Below the pieces are notes generated by a model, which worked only from the letters and a program-made list of their open reading frames with translations, made no database searches and was not told where the DNA came from. A stretch of 64,000 bases of DNA, from the IMG/VR virus record IMGVR_UViG_3300013772_000002, positions 32,001 through 96,000 of that record; one strand, 5' to 3'. This DNA is from a virus. Of this stretch, positions 10,395-19,991 are shown in pieces; positions within the stretch are counted from its first letter, which is position 1, and every line of letters begins with the position of its first letter. Both the position numbers and the translations under genes were made by a program.

Positions 10395-10823
10395 ATGTAC
10401 GGATCGATCAATTCGTACATAGAGGAATCAACCCAACACGATCTGAACGCGGAGATCGATCGGATCGCTAGGAGGCAGGAGGATATTCTCGTACGCGGTC
10501 GGAAAGCGCTGGAAGTCGCGGCGTTGCTCGCCGTTTCATTCTTTGGTATCAAGATGCCGTCATCGCTCCTCGTGCTTTGCGATGGGCCGCTTCGTGCCAA
10601 TCATCGGCGGACAGACGGACTCATGACGGGTGACGGCATGTGGCAAGAAATACGGTTTGATGGCGATACGCTTGTGCGTGCCGAGCAACGGCATGTCCTC
10701 GAGGAATCGTCAGTGCGCATGGAAGTTTCCGTTCAATTCGGGGAGCGGTTTCGGAAGGCACTCGAAGCGCGCGGGATGCTTGAATACGCGAATGGGGAGA
10801 TTGAGCGATGCTTGAAGACATGA
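10395..10823 (+). CDS. hypothetical protein
   Basis: Abuts previous stop codon. Confidence 0.55.
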   Translation: MYGSINSYIEESTQHDLNAEIDRIARRQEDILVRGRKALEVAALLAVSFFGIKMPSSLLVLCDGPLRANHRRTDGLMTGDGMWQEIRFDGDTLVRAEQRHVLEESSVRMEVSVQFGERFRKALEARGMLEYANGEIERCLKT

Positions 10824-11644
10824 TGCCTTTTGTACTCCTAGACGTAAGTCGTCCCCGGAATGGCGGAAGGATGAGCGAGGACGATATTATTGATATTCAC
10901 GTCTCGTACGCGGCGGGAATATGCACGCGAAAGAACCTCGCGGATCGCTATCATGTTTCCCAAAGACAGATCGGTGCGATCTTGTGTGGGGAACAATATT
11001 TGTTGATCGGTCGAGATAATATGCCGGTCATTCAGAAACACCAAAATAAATTGACCGCTGATGATGCGCGGGCAATTTGTGCCGCGTCCGATATCGGTGA
11101 AACGCAAATGTCGATTGCTGGCCGCTTCGGCGTCTCGGGTGCCAGGGTCAATCAGGTTATCAACGGTTTTGCATGGAGGGAAGCGACGGGGCGTATATGC
11201 CAACGCCATAATCCCTACCATCCGTCTAAACTGACGGGTGAGAAGGTGCGGGCTATCCGTATCGCGTATGCGAAGGGCGATGTGACGCAAGGCGAGATTG
11301 CCATTCGTTATGGAGTTTCGCAATCACTGATATCCAATATTATCCTTGGCATTGCGCACCTAGAAAGCGATGACGAGACGAAGGATGATTACTTCTGGCG
11401 CAAAGTAGATCGCACGGGTGGTTCCAGTGCCTGTTGGGAATGGCAAGGGTCGATAAAGGCAGGGAAGGGTTACGGAATAGTAAAGCGGTCCGGTTCCATT
11501 ATCTCTGCCCATCGATGTGCGTACGAGATGATTAATGGCAAAATTGCCCCCGGAATCACCCTCCGACAAACCTGTCGGAACCCTCGTTGCGTCAATCCCG
11601 CACATATGCAAGAAAAGACAAGGAGGGTACAAGGTGTCGATTAG
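10808..11644 (+). CDS. three HTH repeats plus C-terminal HNH_3-type domain
   Basis: Repeated (K)LT...R.I......T...IA.R(Y/F)GVS...I..I HTH units; CWEWQG..GYG..AHRCAYE..C.NP.CVNP.H. Confidence 0.8.
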   Translation: MLEDMMPFVLLDVSRPRNGGRMSEDDIIDIHVSYAAGICTRKNLADRYHVSQRQIGAILCGEQYLLIGRDNMPVIQKHQNKLTADDARAICAASDIGETQMSIAGRFGVSGARVNQVINGFAWREATGRICQRHNPYHPSKLTGEKVRAIRIAYAKGDVTQGEIAIRYGVSQSLISNIILGIAHLESDDETKDDYFWRKVDRTGGSSACWEWQGSIKAGKGYGIVKRSGSIISAHRCAYEMINGKIAPGITLRQTCRNPRCVNPAHMQEKTRRVQGVD

Positions 11645-12071
11645 TTACATCAATGGCGATCTCCTCGCCTCAACAATGGAGACCCTCGTCTGTCCGACAA
11701 ACTGCGTTGGCATTATGGGCGCGGGACTGGCGGCAAAATTCGCGCGACGTTTTCCGGAGGTGGCAGATGCGTATAACCGGAGTAGTAAGGATGGTCAGGT
11801 CAGTCCCGGAGTTTTGGTGCTCTCTCGCGGACCCGGAGCACACAATATCCTGATGTTTCCGACCAAGCGTCACTGGCGTGATTTGTCGCGGCTGGAGGAC
11901 ATTGTTGCCGGGCTTGCCAACATTCGGGTTTTTGGAATTCAATCCATCGCCGTACCCGCGCTTGGCTGCGGTCTTGGCGGTCTTGACTGGGAGATTGTTC
12001 GCCCCCTAATGGAGCAGTATCTCGGCGCGCTCGATATTCCGGTGGAAATCTATCCGCCAAAGGAACGATGA
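11634..12071 (+). CDS. macrodomain protein (DarG/Poa1p-like ADP-ribose hydrolase)
   Basis: GDLL...NCVGIMGAGLA..F...FPTK.HW...SIAVPALGCGLGGLDW; AGGAGG RBS before GTG at 11634. Confidence 0.9.
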   Translation: MSISYINGDLLASTMETLVCPTNCVGIMGAGLAAKFARRFPEVADAYNRSSKDGQVSPGVLVLSRGPGAHNILMFPTKRHWRDLSRLEDIVAGLANIRVFGIQSIAVPALGCGLGGLDWEIVRPLMEQYLGALDIPVEIYPPKER

Positions 12072-12467
12072 ATGATGCCATTAATGGAAACCGCACTGAA
12101 GACGATGCAATTACCCGACATGGACCCCTTCGTTCGTCCCGATGAGACGACACATGTCGACCATCTTGACAAGCGCTGGTACATCCGCGAAGGAGATGAG
12201 GCGATCGGCGCACTTTGTGAAAACATCTCTGAGAAGTATCCCGATACCAAGACAATTAGCGTCGTTTCTTCATCCGGGGTCGAATATCGGGAGACCCCGG
12301 TTATCGGTGGCGGGTTCGTTTATCACCAATTCTATCACTGGGCGACGGCTATCTCCGTTTTTCGGCACGGTCCCTTCGGTATTATTCAAGGAACGTGGGA
12401 GCGGCGTTGCGGCTTCCTGCCGATTTTTACCAGCCCAAAACGACTCGATGGCATTCGTCTCGATTAA
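12072..12467 (+). CDS. hypothetical protein
   Basis: Last ORF before convergent terminator. Confidence 0.55.
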   Translation: MMPLMETALKTMQLPDMDPFVRPDETTHVDHLDKRWYIREGDEAIGALCENISEKYPDTKTISVVSSSGVEYRETPVIGGGFVYHQFYHWATAISVFRHGPFGIIQGTWERRCGFLPIFTSPKRLDGIRLD

Positions 12468-12496
12468 GGGCGTATCGCTTGACTCCGAGATAGCAC

Positions 12497-12531
12497 AATA
12501 CCCCCGCTCGATCGAGCGGGGGTATTCTTTT
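12497..12531. terminator. intrinsic terminator, probably bidirectional
   Basis: Perfect 30-nt palindrome AATACCCCCGCTCGA/TCGAGCGGGGGTATT followed by CTTTT, between convergent operons. Confidence 0.8.
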
Positions 12532-12539
12532 CGCCTTGC

Positions 12540-13046
12540 CTAATCAGGATCGATCAGCGATCCATCGAAGAGCGGTCGCGCCGCCTCCATCGTCCAGTGA
12601 CCACGTACCGCTCTCCACCTGCCATCATATTGGCAGGAGAAACGGAGGGAGCCAGAGAGTGCGAAGCGAGCGATCTCTACCCTGCCCTTGTGTTTCGCGC
12701 GCTGGAGCGACGGTGGGTTGCCGTAGGAGTGCACCATGCTCCGAGCCACAATCAGTTCGATCGATTGGCCGAAAGAGTTCTGCCAGGTACGCGTTGTCGT
12801 TTCAAGAACGATCAGTGGTCGTGCCGGGAACTGAGCCTCGTGCTCTTCAAATGCCGTCAGAAAGCCGCTCGCTCTTGCTTCGTGATCGAGACCACCAAGT
12901 GAGCCGGATGGTTCGGAGAAAATGAGGTAGTCGCGAATCGGGAAATCCGCGTAATCATCTTCGCGCCCAAGAAGCGGATAGTTGCCGCCGAGATCGATGG
13001 CAAAGCCCAGTTCCTGCATGCGTGGGTCGATATTCCAGATGCTCAA
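12540..13046 (-). CDS. possible RuvC/RNase H-fold nuclease
   Basis: FAIDLG ... IVLE ... HWTMEAA acidic residues at RuvC-like spacing; divergent. Confidence 0.4.
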   Translation of the reverse strand: MSIWNIDPRMQELGFAIDLGGNYPLLGREDDYADFPIRDYLIFSEPSGSLGGLDHEARASGFLTAFEEHEAQFPARPLIVLETTTRTWQNSFGQSIELIVARSMVHSYGNPPSLQRAKHKGRVEIARFALSGSLRFSCQYDGRWRAVRGHWTMEAARPLFDGSLIDPD

Positions 13047-13675
13047 GCGGCGCCTTCTTTCTTCAGCCAGAGGTCGCGAACGAAGGCGCCGATCGCGACG
13101 TGACCCCTCATGCGCTTGATTTGTGGAAGGGTTATTTTATTACGATTGTACGACGCATCTAGAAGGAGAAGATCGAGAGGGCGGTCAAAGGTGTAATTGA
13201 GCGCGATGTTCGTCAGTGTCTCCAGGTGATCGTCGATAAAGACGAGGCGTTCGGGTCCGTGGAGGGCGAGTGCCGACATCTTTGTTTCCGGACCGCAGGA
13301 GAGGGATTCCTTGGGACAATACGGCGTCAAGAAACCGTGCGCCTCGAGCCAGGTACGCGTTGTCGTCAGGAGGTGTTCGGGACGGCTGGAACGGAAGTAG
13401 ATTGCACATCCAAGCGTACGCAATGCGAGAACCATTGCCAGTGCACCGCCCATCACGGGCGCGGTCGCGTAGTAGTAGGGATTGTTGTATGCGCTCTCCC
13501 ACCAACGCAGACTCTCCGGGCTCATCCATGGATAGGCATCTGCCGTCCGGAAGGCGGTTGGCGCGGAGAGGGGCTTAGTGGGATGGAGCGTATTCCAGGC
13601 GTTCGTAATGTGACCGCTGACGTCACAAATGACGCCATCAATATCGCAAATGATGCCAATCGATTTGTTGAACAC
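13043..13675 (-). CDS. HAD-family 5'(3')-deoxyribonucleotidase-like protein
   Basis: CDIDGVICD, SSR, FIDDH, YN motifs. Confidence 0.85.
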   Translation of the reverse strand: MFNKSIGIICDIDGVICDVSGHITNAWNTLHPTKPLSAPTAFRTADAYPWMSPESLRWWESAYNNPYYYATAPVMGGALAMVLALRTLGCAIYFRSSRPEHLLTTTRTWLEAHGFLTPYCPKESLSCGPETKMSALALHGPERLVFIDDHLETLTNIALNYTFDRPLDLLLLDASYNRNKITLPQIKRMRGHVAIGAFVRDLWLKKEGAA

Positions 13676-14322
13676 TAAGCGCTCACTTTCCTGTCATGGG
13701 TCGATACGAAATCTGGATCGCGTGGGCGCGGATCGAAGGCGCCGAAGCCGGGACGACTAGCGAGATAATCGGCGGTCGCGACGGCGAGTTCGATCGGGAC
13801 GGTGGGTTCGCCCATACCATGACGACCCATGTGCGCTTCGCAAATTGCTACGAGTGGCTCATAGTACCGACCGAAAAGCGGGAGATCGGCAAGGTCGTCA
13901 GTCCGCATGCGCACCAGACTGTCATGAAAGCGGTCGATGTGCACCTCGTTATCCTGGTAGGAGGCGATATCGTGAACGAGCGCTCCCGCCATCGCGAGAT
14001 CGTGCTCGACCTGAGTGAAGTCCCAAGCGTCAGCCAAGAGGGCGACGATATAGGCGACGCGGCGGCAGTGGTGAACCATGCCGCCCGTCTCTCCGGGGCT
14101 CGCGGGCGCGTTCGTTGGGTCTCCCTCCCGGGCGGAGAAGAACTCATCCGGCGGGTGGTAGATGCCCGTCGAGCTCGACGGACCTGTCAGGAAGCGCGGA
14201 TGGGCACGACGGAGGAAGGCGACCGCCAGTTCACGAATCACCGCGTTCCTGATGCGTCCGAGCTCGGGCGCGAAGGCGGTGCGAACCGCCGTCTCATTAA
14301 GGAGACGCCCGGTCGTACGCAT
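13675..14322 (-). CDS. HD-domain phosphohydrolase (YhaM-like phage family)
   Basis: SSTGIYHPP, GGMVHH, ALVHDI, AHMG, ADYLAS. Confidence 0.85.
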   Translation of the reverse strand: MRTTGRLLNETAVRTAFAPELGRIRNAVIRELAVAFLRRAHPRFLTGPSSSTGIYHPPDEFFSAREGDPTNAPASPGETGGMVHHCRRVAYIVALLADAWDFTQVEHDLAMAGALVHDIASYQDNEVHIDRFHDSLVRMRTDDLADLPLFGRYYEPLVAICEAHMGRHGMGEPTVPIELAVATADYLASRPGFGAFDPRPRDPDFVSTHDRKVSA

Positions 14323-14601
14323 CTAGTCGGCCGGATCGCCGGGCGGTAGTGAGGTCGGCACGGTCTCGACGCCCGAAATTGGCGTGACGTTGGCGGGTAG
14401 TGCGGGTTCGTCCTGGATGTTAACGGCCTGCGGTTGGTTGACGCGATCGCAGAGGTCCAGGTATTTCCTTGCGATCGCCCTGGTGTCACCACTGACGTTG
14501 CCGAGGTTGGCGGCATAGAAGCACGCCGCGAAGGTTTGGTAATCAACGGCGGGGATGACGAGCGCCACAAACTCTGGCGCTGCTGGGGTGGTGGGTTCCA
14601 T
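14323..14601 (-). CDS. hypothetical protein
   Basis: AAAGGA RBS, ATG at 14601, own promoter upstream. Confidence 0.55.
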   Translation of the reverse strand: MEPTTPAAPEFVALVIPAVDYQTFAACFYAANLGNVSGDTRAIARKYLDLCDRVNQPQAVNIQDEPALPANVTPISGVETVPTSLPPGDPAD

Positions 14602-14657
14602 GGTCAGGAATTCCTTTCGGATGAGCGAGGACTTATCGCAGATCGACAAGTCCTCTT

Positions 14658-14686
14658 ATGATATCATGGTATTCGTGCGTTGTAAA
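14658..14686 (-). promoter_or_regulatory. promoter
   Basis: Reverse strand TTTACA-17-TATCAT with CATGA before the -10. Confidence 0.6.
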
Positions 14687-14688
14687 GC

Positions 14689-16812
14689 CTATGCCACAAC
14701 GAACACGGGAGTCCAGTCGCACTGGCTGTAGCCGCAGGATTGGCAGGTGACACAACCACCGTCGTCCGCCATCGCATCGATCCCGCAATTCGGACAGCAG
14801 ACGTCGTCATCGCCGGTCATTTCCGTCGATGCCTCCAGAAGAGCCTGTGGTGCCCCTCCACGCGCGAGAAGGCGGTCATCGGCAGTCTTGCCAATGTTAT
14901 AGACCTGAACCTCCTTGCAGCCGTCACGGTAGATCGTCGTGCCCATGCAACCCGATGTGTACGAGAGGATGTACGCGGCACCGATCTCTTCACGCGTTGT
15001 CGAGTTTGGAGCATTCCCGGTCTTGGAAATGCCCGAATCGTTGTGCTCCTGCCATGCCGCCTGCATGAGGATGTGGTCGGTGAGCGAAATATCTCCCGCG
15101 GTGCGGAAGACGCGCTGCCATCGCTCCGGTACCATTGCAACGCCTTGGACTGACCCAGTCGCGACAACGTGTGCCTCCAGATCGCCTGACCAGAACCCCT
15201 CGTGTTCGGCCACGGCCCGGAAGGCGGCGTTAGCGATCTTCAGGTTGCGCCATGAGCCGTCGGTCTGCTTGACCGAGTGGTAAGCGAAGAGGGCAAAGAC
15301 GGGCTCGATGCCGCTGGAACAATTGCCAAGAATTGAAATTGATCCGGTCGGCGCCACGGTCGTGAGGTTACTGTTGCGTCGCGGTGCGTCGTTTTTGTAG
15401 CGTGAGACGTTTTGTAGCGGGAAAGCCCCCCGATCGACCGCCAAGTTTTCCGAGGCAGAGATCGCCTCCTCATTAAGGACGCGCATGATATCGTTGCCCA
15501 GGGCACGAGCCTCGGGTGTGTGGTAGGCGATGCCCAGCAGAAAAAGGAGGTCAGCGAATCCCATCACGCCGAGACCGATCCGGCGCAAGTCTTGTGCGCG
15601 CTTGGTGATCTGTGGTAGTGGGAAGGGGTTGATCTCGATCACGTCGTCGAGGAAGCGGGTCGCGAGGCGGACGACGGACCGGAAGCGTGCCCAATCGAAG
15701 ATCGGAATACCAAGTCCATACCCGCCAAAGTAGTGCGTGACGCTCTCGATAACAAAACGTCCGAGATTAATAGAGCCTAGATTGCAAACATCATATGGCC
15801 CCAAAGGTTGCTCTCCGCACGGATTAGTTGCCTCAATGCTTTCTATCTCTGGGATCGGATTCGCACGAGAAGCATTAACGCGATCGAGGAAGATAAGCCC
15901 CGGATCGCCCGTCCGCCACGCACAGTCAACAATCTGGTCCCAGATGTCGCGTGCCCGGCGCCGACTCGTCACCGCCTTCGTGTCGGGATCGATGAGATCG
16001 TATTCGCCATCTTCGCGTACCGCGTCCATGAAGACGTCAGTAATGCCGATCGAGCAATTAAAGTTCGTAATCGGATACTGAACTTCGTTCGTGCCGTTTA
16101 GTTTTGCGAGGACGCCGATTGGCTCCTTGCAATGAATGAATGTTTCCACGTCGGTATGATCGCAGCGTAATACCGCCATATTCGCGCCACGGCGGGTGCC
16201 CCCTTGCTTGATTTGCTCCGTTGCTACGTCGAAGATTTTCAAAAAACTGACGGGTCCGGACGCAACTCCCATGCTCCTTTTCACGGTTGCGCCCGCGGGA
16301 CGGAGGCGCGAGAAAGAAAACCCGGTTCCGCCGCCGCTCTGATGCACAGTGGCAGCATCTCGTATTGTATTAAAGATTCCCTCTATTGAATCTTCGATAG
16401 GCAAAACAAAACATGCTGACAACTGAAGACCGTTCCCCTTCCCGGCGTTCATCAGACAGGGGCTATTGGGCAGGAAGTCTCCAGAGAGCAGCAGATCGGC
16501 GAATTGATCTCCGACGCGAGCGATCGCCGCATCTTCCTGGTGACCGCAAGCATCGAGATAGGTGGTGAATTCTTCGCGCGGCGTGAGGCCCGGCACGGAA
16601 CCCCATTCGCTTCCGGCGCGCTCTTGATCAATCTTGACAAATTCGCGCTCGCCCTCGGCGACGGCGTATGCGACGCGTTTGTAGAGTCCCTGGGGAGTTT
16701 CGGTAATAGTGACTGTACCATCTGGTTGTTTAACTTTTTGAAGATAGCGTTCTTCGAGGACGCGGAGCGCGGCGTCAGTAGTAAGGGGCGGTGAGTAAGG
16801 AGCGATGGTCAC
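14689..16812 (-). CDS. nrdJ: class II (adenosylcobalamin-dependent) ribonucleotide reductase
   Basis: FLPNSP.LMNAG, LSACFV, QGGTRRGANM, ATNPCGEQPL, CNLGSINL, APTGSIS, ISKT.N, YRDG, C-terminal Zn ribbon; no NrdB in window. Confidence 0.93.
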   Translation of the reverse strand: MTIAPYSPPLTTDAALRVLEERYLQKVKQPDGTVTITETPQGLYKRVAYAVAEGEREFVKIDQERAGSEWGSVPGLTPREEFTTYLDACGHQEDAAIARVGDQFADLLLSGDFLPNSPCLMNAGKGNGLQLSACFVLPIEDSIEGIFNTIRDAATVHQSGGGTGFSFSRLRPAGATVKRSMGVASGPVSFLKIFDVATEQIKQGGTRRGANMAVLRCDHTDVETFIHCKEPIGVLAKLNGTNEVQYPITNFNCSIGITDVFMDAVREDGEYDLIDPDTKAVTSRRRARDIWDQIVDCAWRTGDPGLIFLDRVNASRANPIPEIESIEATNPCGEQPLGPYDVCNLGSINLGRFVIESVTHYFGGYGLGIPIFDWARFRSVVRLATRFLDDVIEINPFPLPQITKRAQDLRRIGLGVMGFADLLFLLGIAYHTPEARALGNDIMRVLNEEAISASENLAVDRGAFPLQNVSRYKNDAPRRNSNLTTVAPTGSISILGNCSSGIEPVFALFAYHSVKQTDGSWRNLKIANAAFRAVAEHEGFWSGDLEAHVVATGSVQGVAMVPERWQRVFRTAGDISLTDHILMQAAWQEHNDSGISKTGNAPNSTTREEIGAAYILSYTSGCMGTTIYRDGCKEVQVYNIGKTADDRLLARGGAPQALLEASTEMTGDDDVCCPNCGIDAMADDGGCVTCQSCGYSQCDWTPVFVVA

Positions 16813-16815
16813 GGG

Positions 16816-18378
16816 CTAGACCTCCTGCGCGACAACACTGCCGCCAGACGAATGGAGTTGGGTTGAGAGCCTCGCCCACACATCGTGGGCGAGGGTACGG
16901 TGGAACCCCTCGCAGCCGCCAACGATCTCTGAGATCGCGACGGTGGCGTCGGAGCCGAGGATGATGCGCTCGACGCAAAGGCGATCGACTAGCGGCTTGA
17001 GTGCCTCAATGAGACCGATACCATGGAGTTTCTGGACGCGTTTGTCTGCTTCGATGACGATTTCCCAGGCGAGTGCGGCGACGGCCTCCATGACAAGTGT
17101 GGCGTCGTGATCGATGCGCGTAATGCGTGTCGCGGCGTTCTGTTTCATCTCATCCTTGAGGGCTGACCAGTCGAAGCGCGAGCCGTCAGCGCCACCACCC
17201 GCGACCGTTAGTTCGACGAATGATTCGACGATCGCCTGGTAATCGCCGCCTGCCGCGTGGAGCGCGACGCCGTCTTCACTATAGACGAAGCGCTCCATTG
17301 CCTTACCCATGGCGAGGGAAACAATTTCGCAGAATCCGTCGAGGTAGTTCATCATCCGCTCGTTCCGGAAGAAAACTGACGCCTCCTGATCCCAAACGTC
17401 AAAGAGGTTGATGTTGGAGATCGAAAGACCGAGCGCGAAACCCCCGAGCGCGTGTCCACACTCATGGTGGGCGACGTGGATTTCGATCTCCGGTTCGTCC
17501 TGATCGTCAGGAATCGGGAACCACTGCTCGACCAGGGCACGGGCAATCCAGGATGGCGTTATCTCTCCGGGTGGGCAGATTTCAGCGCGAAGGGCAGTCC
17601 GTTCTACCGCGTCGTCAATGTCCGCTCCCGTCTGCGCGCTGCCACCAATTAGGTCGCGAAGATGCGCCGCGCTCGGAACGGGTAGATTGCGTGTGGTGAG
17701 GCGTTCCCCCAGCATGCGCGATGCTTCGCGGTCGGGTAAGCGAGAGCACTCCGCCTCGATCGACAATCGACCCGCACGGAGCAGCGAGGGATCGATACCA
17801 TCCTTTTCATTGGCAGTCGCAAAAAGGAAAACGGGCACGCCACGATCCGCGAGCCCGTCCAGACATGTATTAAGAGCGGCGGTAATTGGGTCCTTGCCAA
17901 CCGTTCCCCGGTCGGTCGTGACGTGCGCGTCGAATTCGTCCCAGATCAAGCCAATCGGTGCGTCGAGCCGTCTTGCCTCGTGGCATGCCGCCTTCCATAG
18001 CGCAACGACGTCGTTCTCTCCCCACTCGCCATTTTCCAGCGGCCACGCTCGTGCGTCGAAACACCGCGCCCTGACTTCCGTAATCAAGTGGCGAAGCATC
18101 AGCGTCTTGCCATTGCCCTGCTCGCCAAGCAGGATGCCGCCGCGTGGTAGGCGCTGACCGTTTGCCTTCATCTCGGGCCAGCGGTTGATTGCGGCGATAA
18201 ATTCACCCATCGCGCGCTTGACATTCGAGAGTCCGTAGATGTCACCGGCATGAACGGTGTTCGCCCCAGTGCAGGAAAGAGGATGTTTCCAGTAGGCGAC
18301 ACGAGATTTTGTGAGGATGGTGCGGGTACGTGGGATGACCGATATCTCCCCATCATCGAGACGGGCATTTTCGTTCAT
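16816..18378 (-). CDS. soluble FtsH-like AAA+ ATPase / M41 zinc protease
   Basis: PRGGILLGEQGNGKT Walker A, IWDEFD Walker B, ATAN...IDPSLLRAGRL SRH, AHHECGHA HExxH, GGD; no transmembrane segment. Confidence 0.85.
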   Translation of the reverse strand: MNENARLDDGEISVIPRTRTILTKSRVAYWKHPLSCTGANTVHAGDIYGLSNVKRAMGEFIAAINRWPEMKANGQRLPRGGILLGEQGNGKTLMLRHLITEVRARCFDARAWPLENGEWGENDVVALWKAACHEARRLDAPIGLIWDEFDAHVTTDRGTVGKDPITAALNTCLDGLADRGVPVFLFATANEKDGIDPSLLRAGRLSIEAECSRLPDREASRMLGERLTTRNLPVPSAAHLRDLIGGSAQTGADIDDAVERTALRAEICPPGEITPSWIARALVEQWFPIPDDQDEPEIEIHVAHHECGHALGGFALGLSISNINLFDVWDQEASVFFRNERMMNYLDGFCEIVSLAMGKAMERFVYSEDGVALHAAGGDYQAIVESFVELTVAGGGADGSRFDWSALKDEMKQNAATRITRIDHDATLVMEAVAALAWEIVIEADKRVQKLHGIGLIEALKPLVDRLCVERIILGSDATVAISEIVGGCEGFHRTLAHDVWARLSTQLHSSGGSVVAQEV

Positions 18379-18425
18379 GTAAAACTCCCATGACGGCAAT
18401 GGTATGCCGTCCCGGAATAGATCGA

Positions 18426-19109
18426 TTAGAACGCGATAGGTTTCAAGCAGTTAACGATGTCGTTCACACGGCAGTGGAGATCATCGAGACTACCGCCATT
18501 GACGATCTCCTCGTCGGCGGAGAGTGTGGACCAAAATTGCTCGGAGGAGTGATTCGCCGCTTCGCCTGTCAGTTTAGTGGCGTCGGGACGAATGATGCGA
18601 ACGAAATGGAAGCCGTTGGCACGCAGTTGCTCGACTTCATGGGGGTAGCGAACATCGTCACAAACTATTGCTTTCCCAAAGAAACGAGATGTTTCCGCTT
18701 CCTGGAGTAGTAGTTTGACCCACGGTTCCTCGGGTGCGGCGAGACCCCGGATGACTTCCGTTCCCCACTGCTGGAGTGCGCCGCGGAAATGTGGCTTGTG
18801 TGCGTTGACGTAATTGACGAAGTGATCGCGGACAATAATATCGCGGTGGTATGTCTCGAGATTTGGAGAATTCGTTGCGTACAGATATCCCATCTTGCCG
18901 GCCATAATACGCCTGACGCTGCCGAACGTATCGGTAACGGACATGTGGAGTGGGAACGGCAGATCGAGTTGGACGTGGGCGAGAAAGCCAAGGCTTACCT
19001 TCATCGGATCAGCGAGTGCTGCCCGATGATAGTCATCTCGTACCTCGACCATCTGACTGACTGTCGTCTTTCCGCTACTGGCCATGCCGATAATGCCGAG
19101 ATTTTGCAC
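18426..19109 (-). CDS. deoxynucleoside monophosphate kinase
   Basis: GMASSGKTT, LADPMK, R.ALQQWGTE, DDVRYPHE, HSSE, NGGSLDDL. Confidence 0.9.
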   Translation of the reverse strand: MQNLGIIGMASSGKTTVSQMVEVRDDYHRAALADPMKVSLGFLAHVQLDLPFPLHMSVTDTFGSVRRIMAGKMGYLYATNSPNLETYHRDIIVRDHFVNYVNAHKPHFRGALQQWGTEVIRGLAAPEEPWVKLLLQEAETSRFFGKAIVCDDVRYPHEVEQLRANGFHFVRIIRPDATKLTGEAANHSSEQFWSTLSADEEIVNGGSLDDLHCRVNDIVNCLKPIAF

Positions 19110-19130
19110 GAGATATTCCTTCCGTCGTGA

Positions 19131-19991
19131 CTAAATTTGATCGCGGTATGCCGCAAAACGAGTACGATCACGCCCTATTCTTGGCCTGAGCAATAGCCCT
19201 CGAATGGCAACGTCGCTGTTCGGGTAATTGGGAGTGACCATTGCTGTGAGTGCCGCTTGCAGTGCGCCGGCATTGGTACGCGATACGAAGATTTCATCCT
19301 GGACGGGGATGCCTGTCGCTTTCAAATCACTCCATCCGAGCCAATAATCCCTGGCAACGCAGTAGACCTCCTTAACGAGAAAGGTTGTGCGTTGGGATGA
19401 GGACCCGAGGGTTACGCCGTCGTAGGGCTCACCGAGCATTGTGCCAATGACAACGAGTGGGTAGAGGGGAGCGTAGCGCAAAAGAACGTCTCCCCATGCC
19501 CGCAACCAACCAACCGCAGCATCCTTACGTGTATTCCGACGTGGATCATGACTGTGACCGATGCCCTTCGTTGGATTCGGCGGCGGTGACATAATCGGAT
19601 AGGGAGCGGGATCGTCCCAGTTATTCCAATCGCCGACACGAATACGAAACGTGCCTGTCGTCGTCTCTATCGCGAGTGGCAAGTGACCGATGCGCGGCAG
19701 GATGGCGACGCCAAAGGGCTCGGAGAAGTCAGTGGCGCTTGTCGTTACCGTCTTGCCGTCTCCGGAAAGCCAGATACGTAGTTGTTGACCGGGTGGCAGC
19801 GCCTGAAGAACGCCGATCTCCGGGTCCAAAAGCAAGCTGGACAAAACAGCCGGGGTGAAGGCGGGTGCGGCACGACGTGTCTTTGGATCGGTCGTAAAGA
19901 GCGGACCCTCTACCAATGGCGCCCATGGAACAGCACGGTCGCTCGAATGCGGAGACTCCAGTTCAAGGAGAATCGGTGGGACGGTAGACAT
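19131..19991 (-). CDS. hypothetical protein
   Basis: AGGAG RBS; operon position. Confidence 0.6.
   Translation of the reverse strand: MSTVPPILLELESPHSSDRAVPWAPLVEGPLFTTDPKTRRAAPAFTPAVLSSLLLDPEIGVLQALPPGQQLRIWLSGDGKTVTTSATDFSEPFGVAILPRIGHLPLAIETTTGTFRIRVGDWNNWDDPAPYPIMSPPPNPTKGIGHSHDPRRNTRKDAAVGWLRAWGDVLLRYAPLYPLVVIGTMLGEPYDGVTLGSSSQRTTFLVKEVYCVARDYWLGWSDLKATGIPVQDEIFVSRTNAGALQAALTAMVTPNYPNSDVAIRGLLLRPRIGRDRTRFAAYRDQI

Noticed and set aside
12497-12526. 30-bp perfect palindrome as origin or telomere-resolution site
   Set aside because: Position between convergent operons with a T-tract is sufficiently explained by a terminator; no protelomerase seen
12540-13046. Cas/TnpB-type RuvC effector
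   Set aside because: Only 168 aa, no Zn finger, array or transposon ends; at most a divergent resolvase
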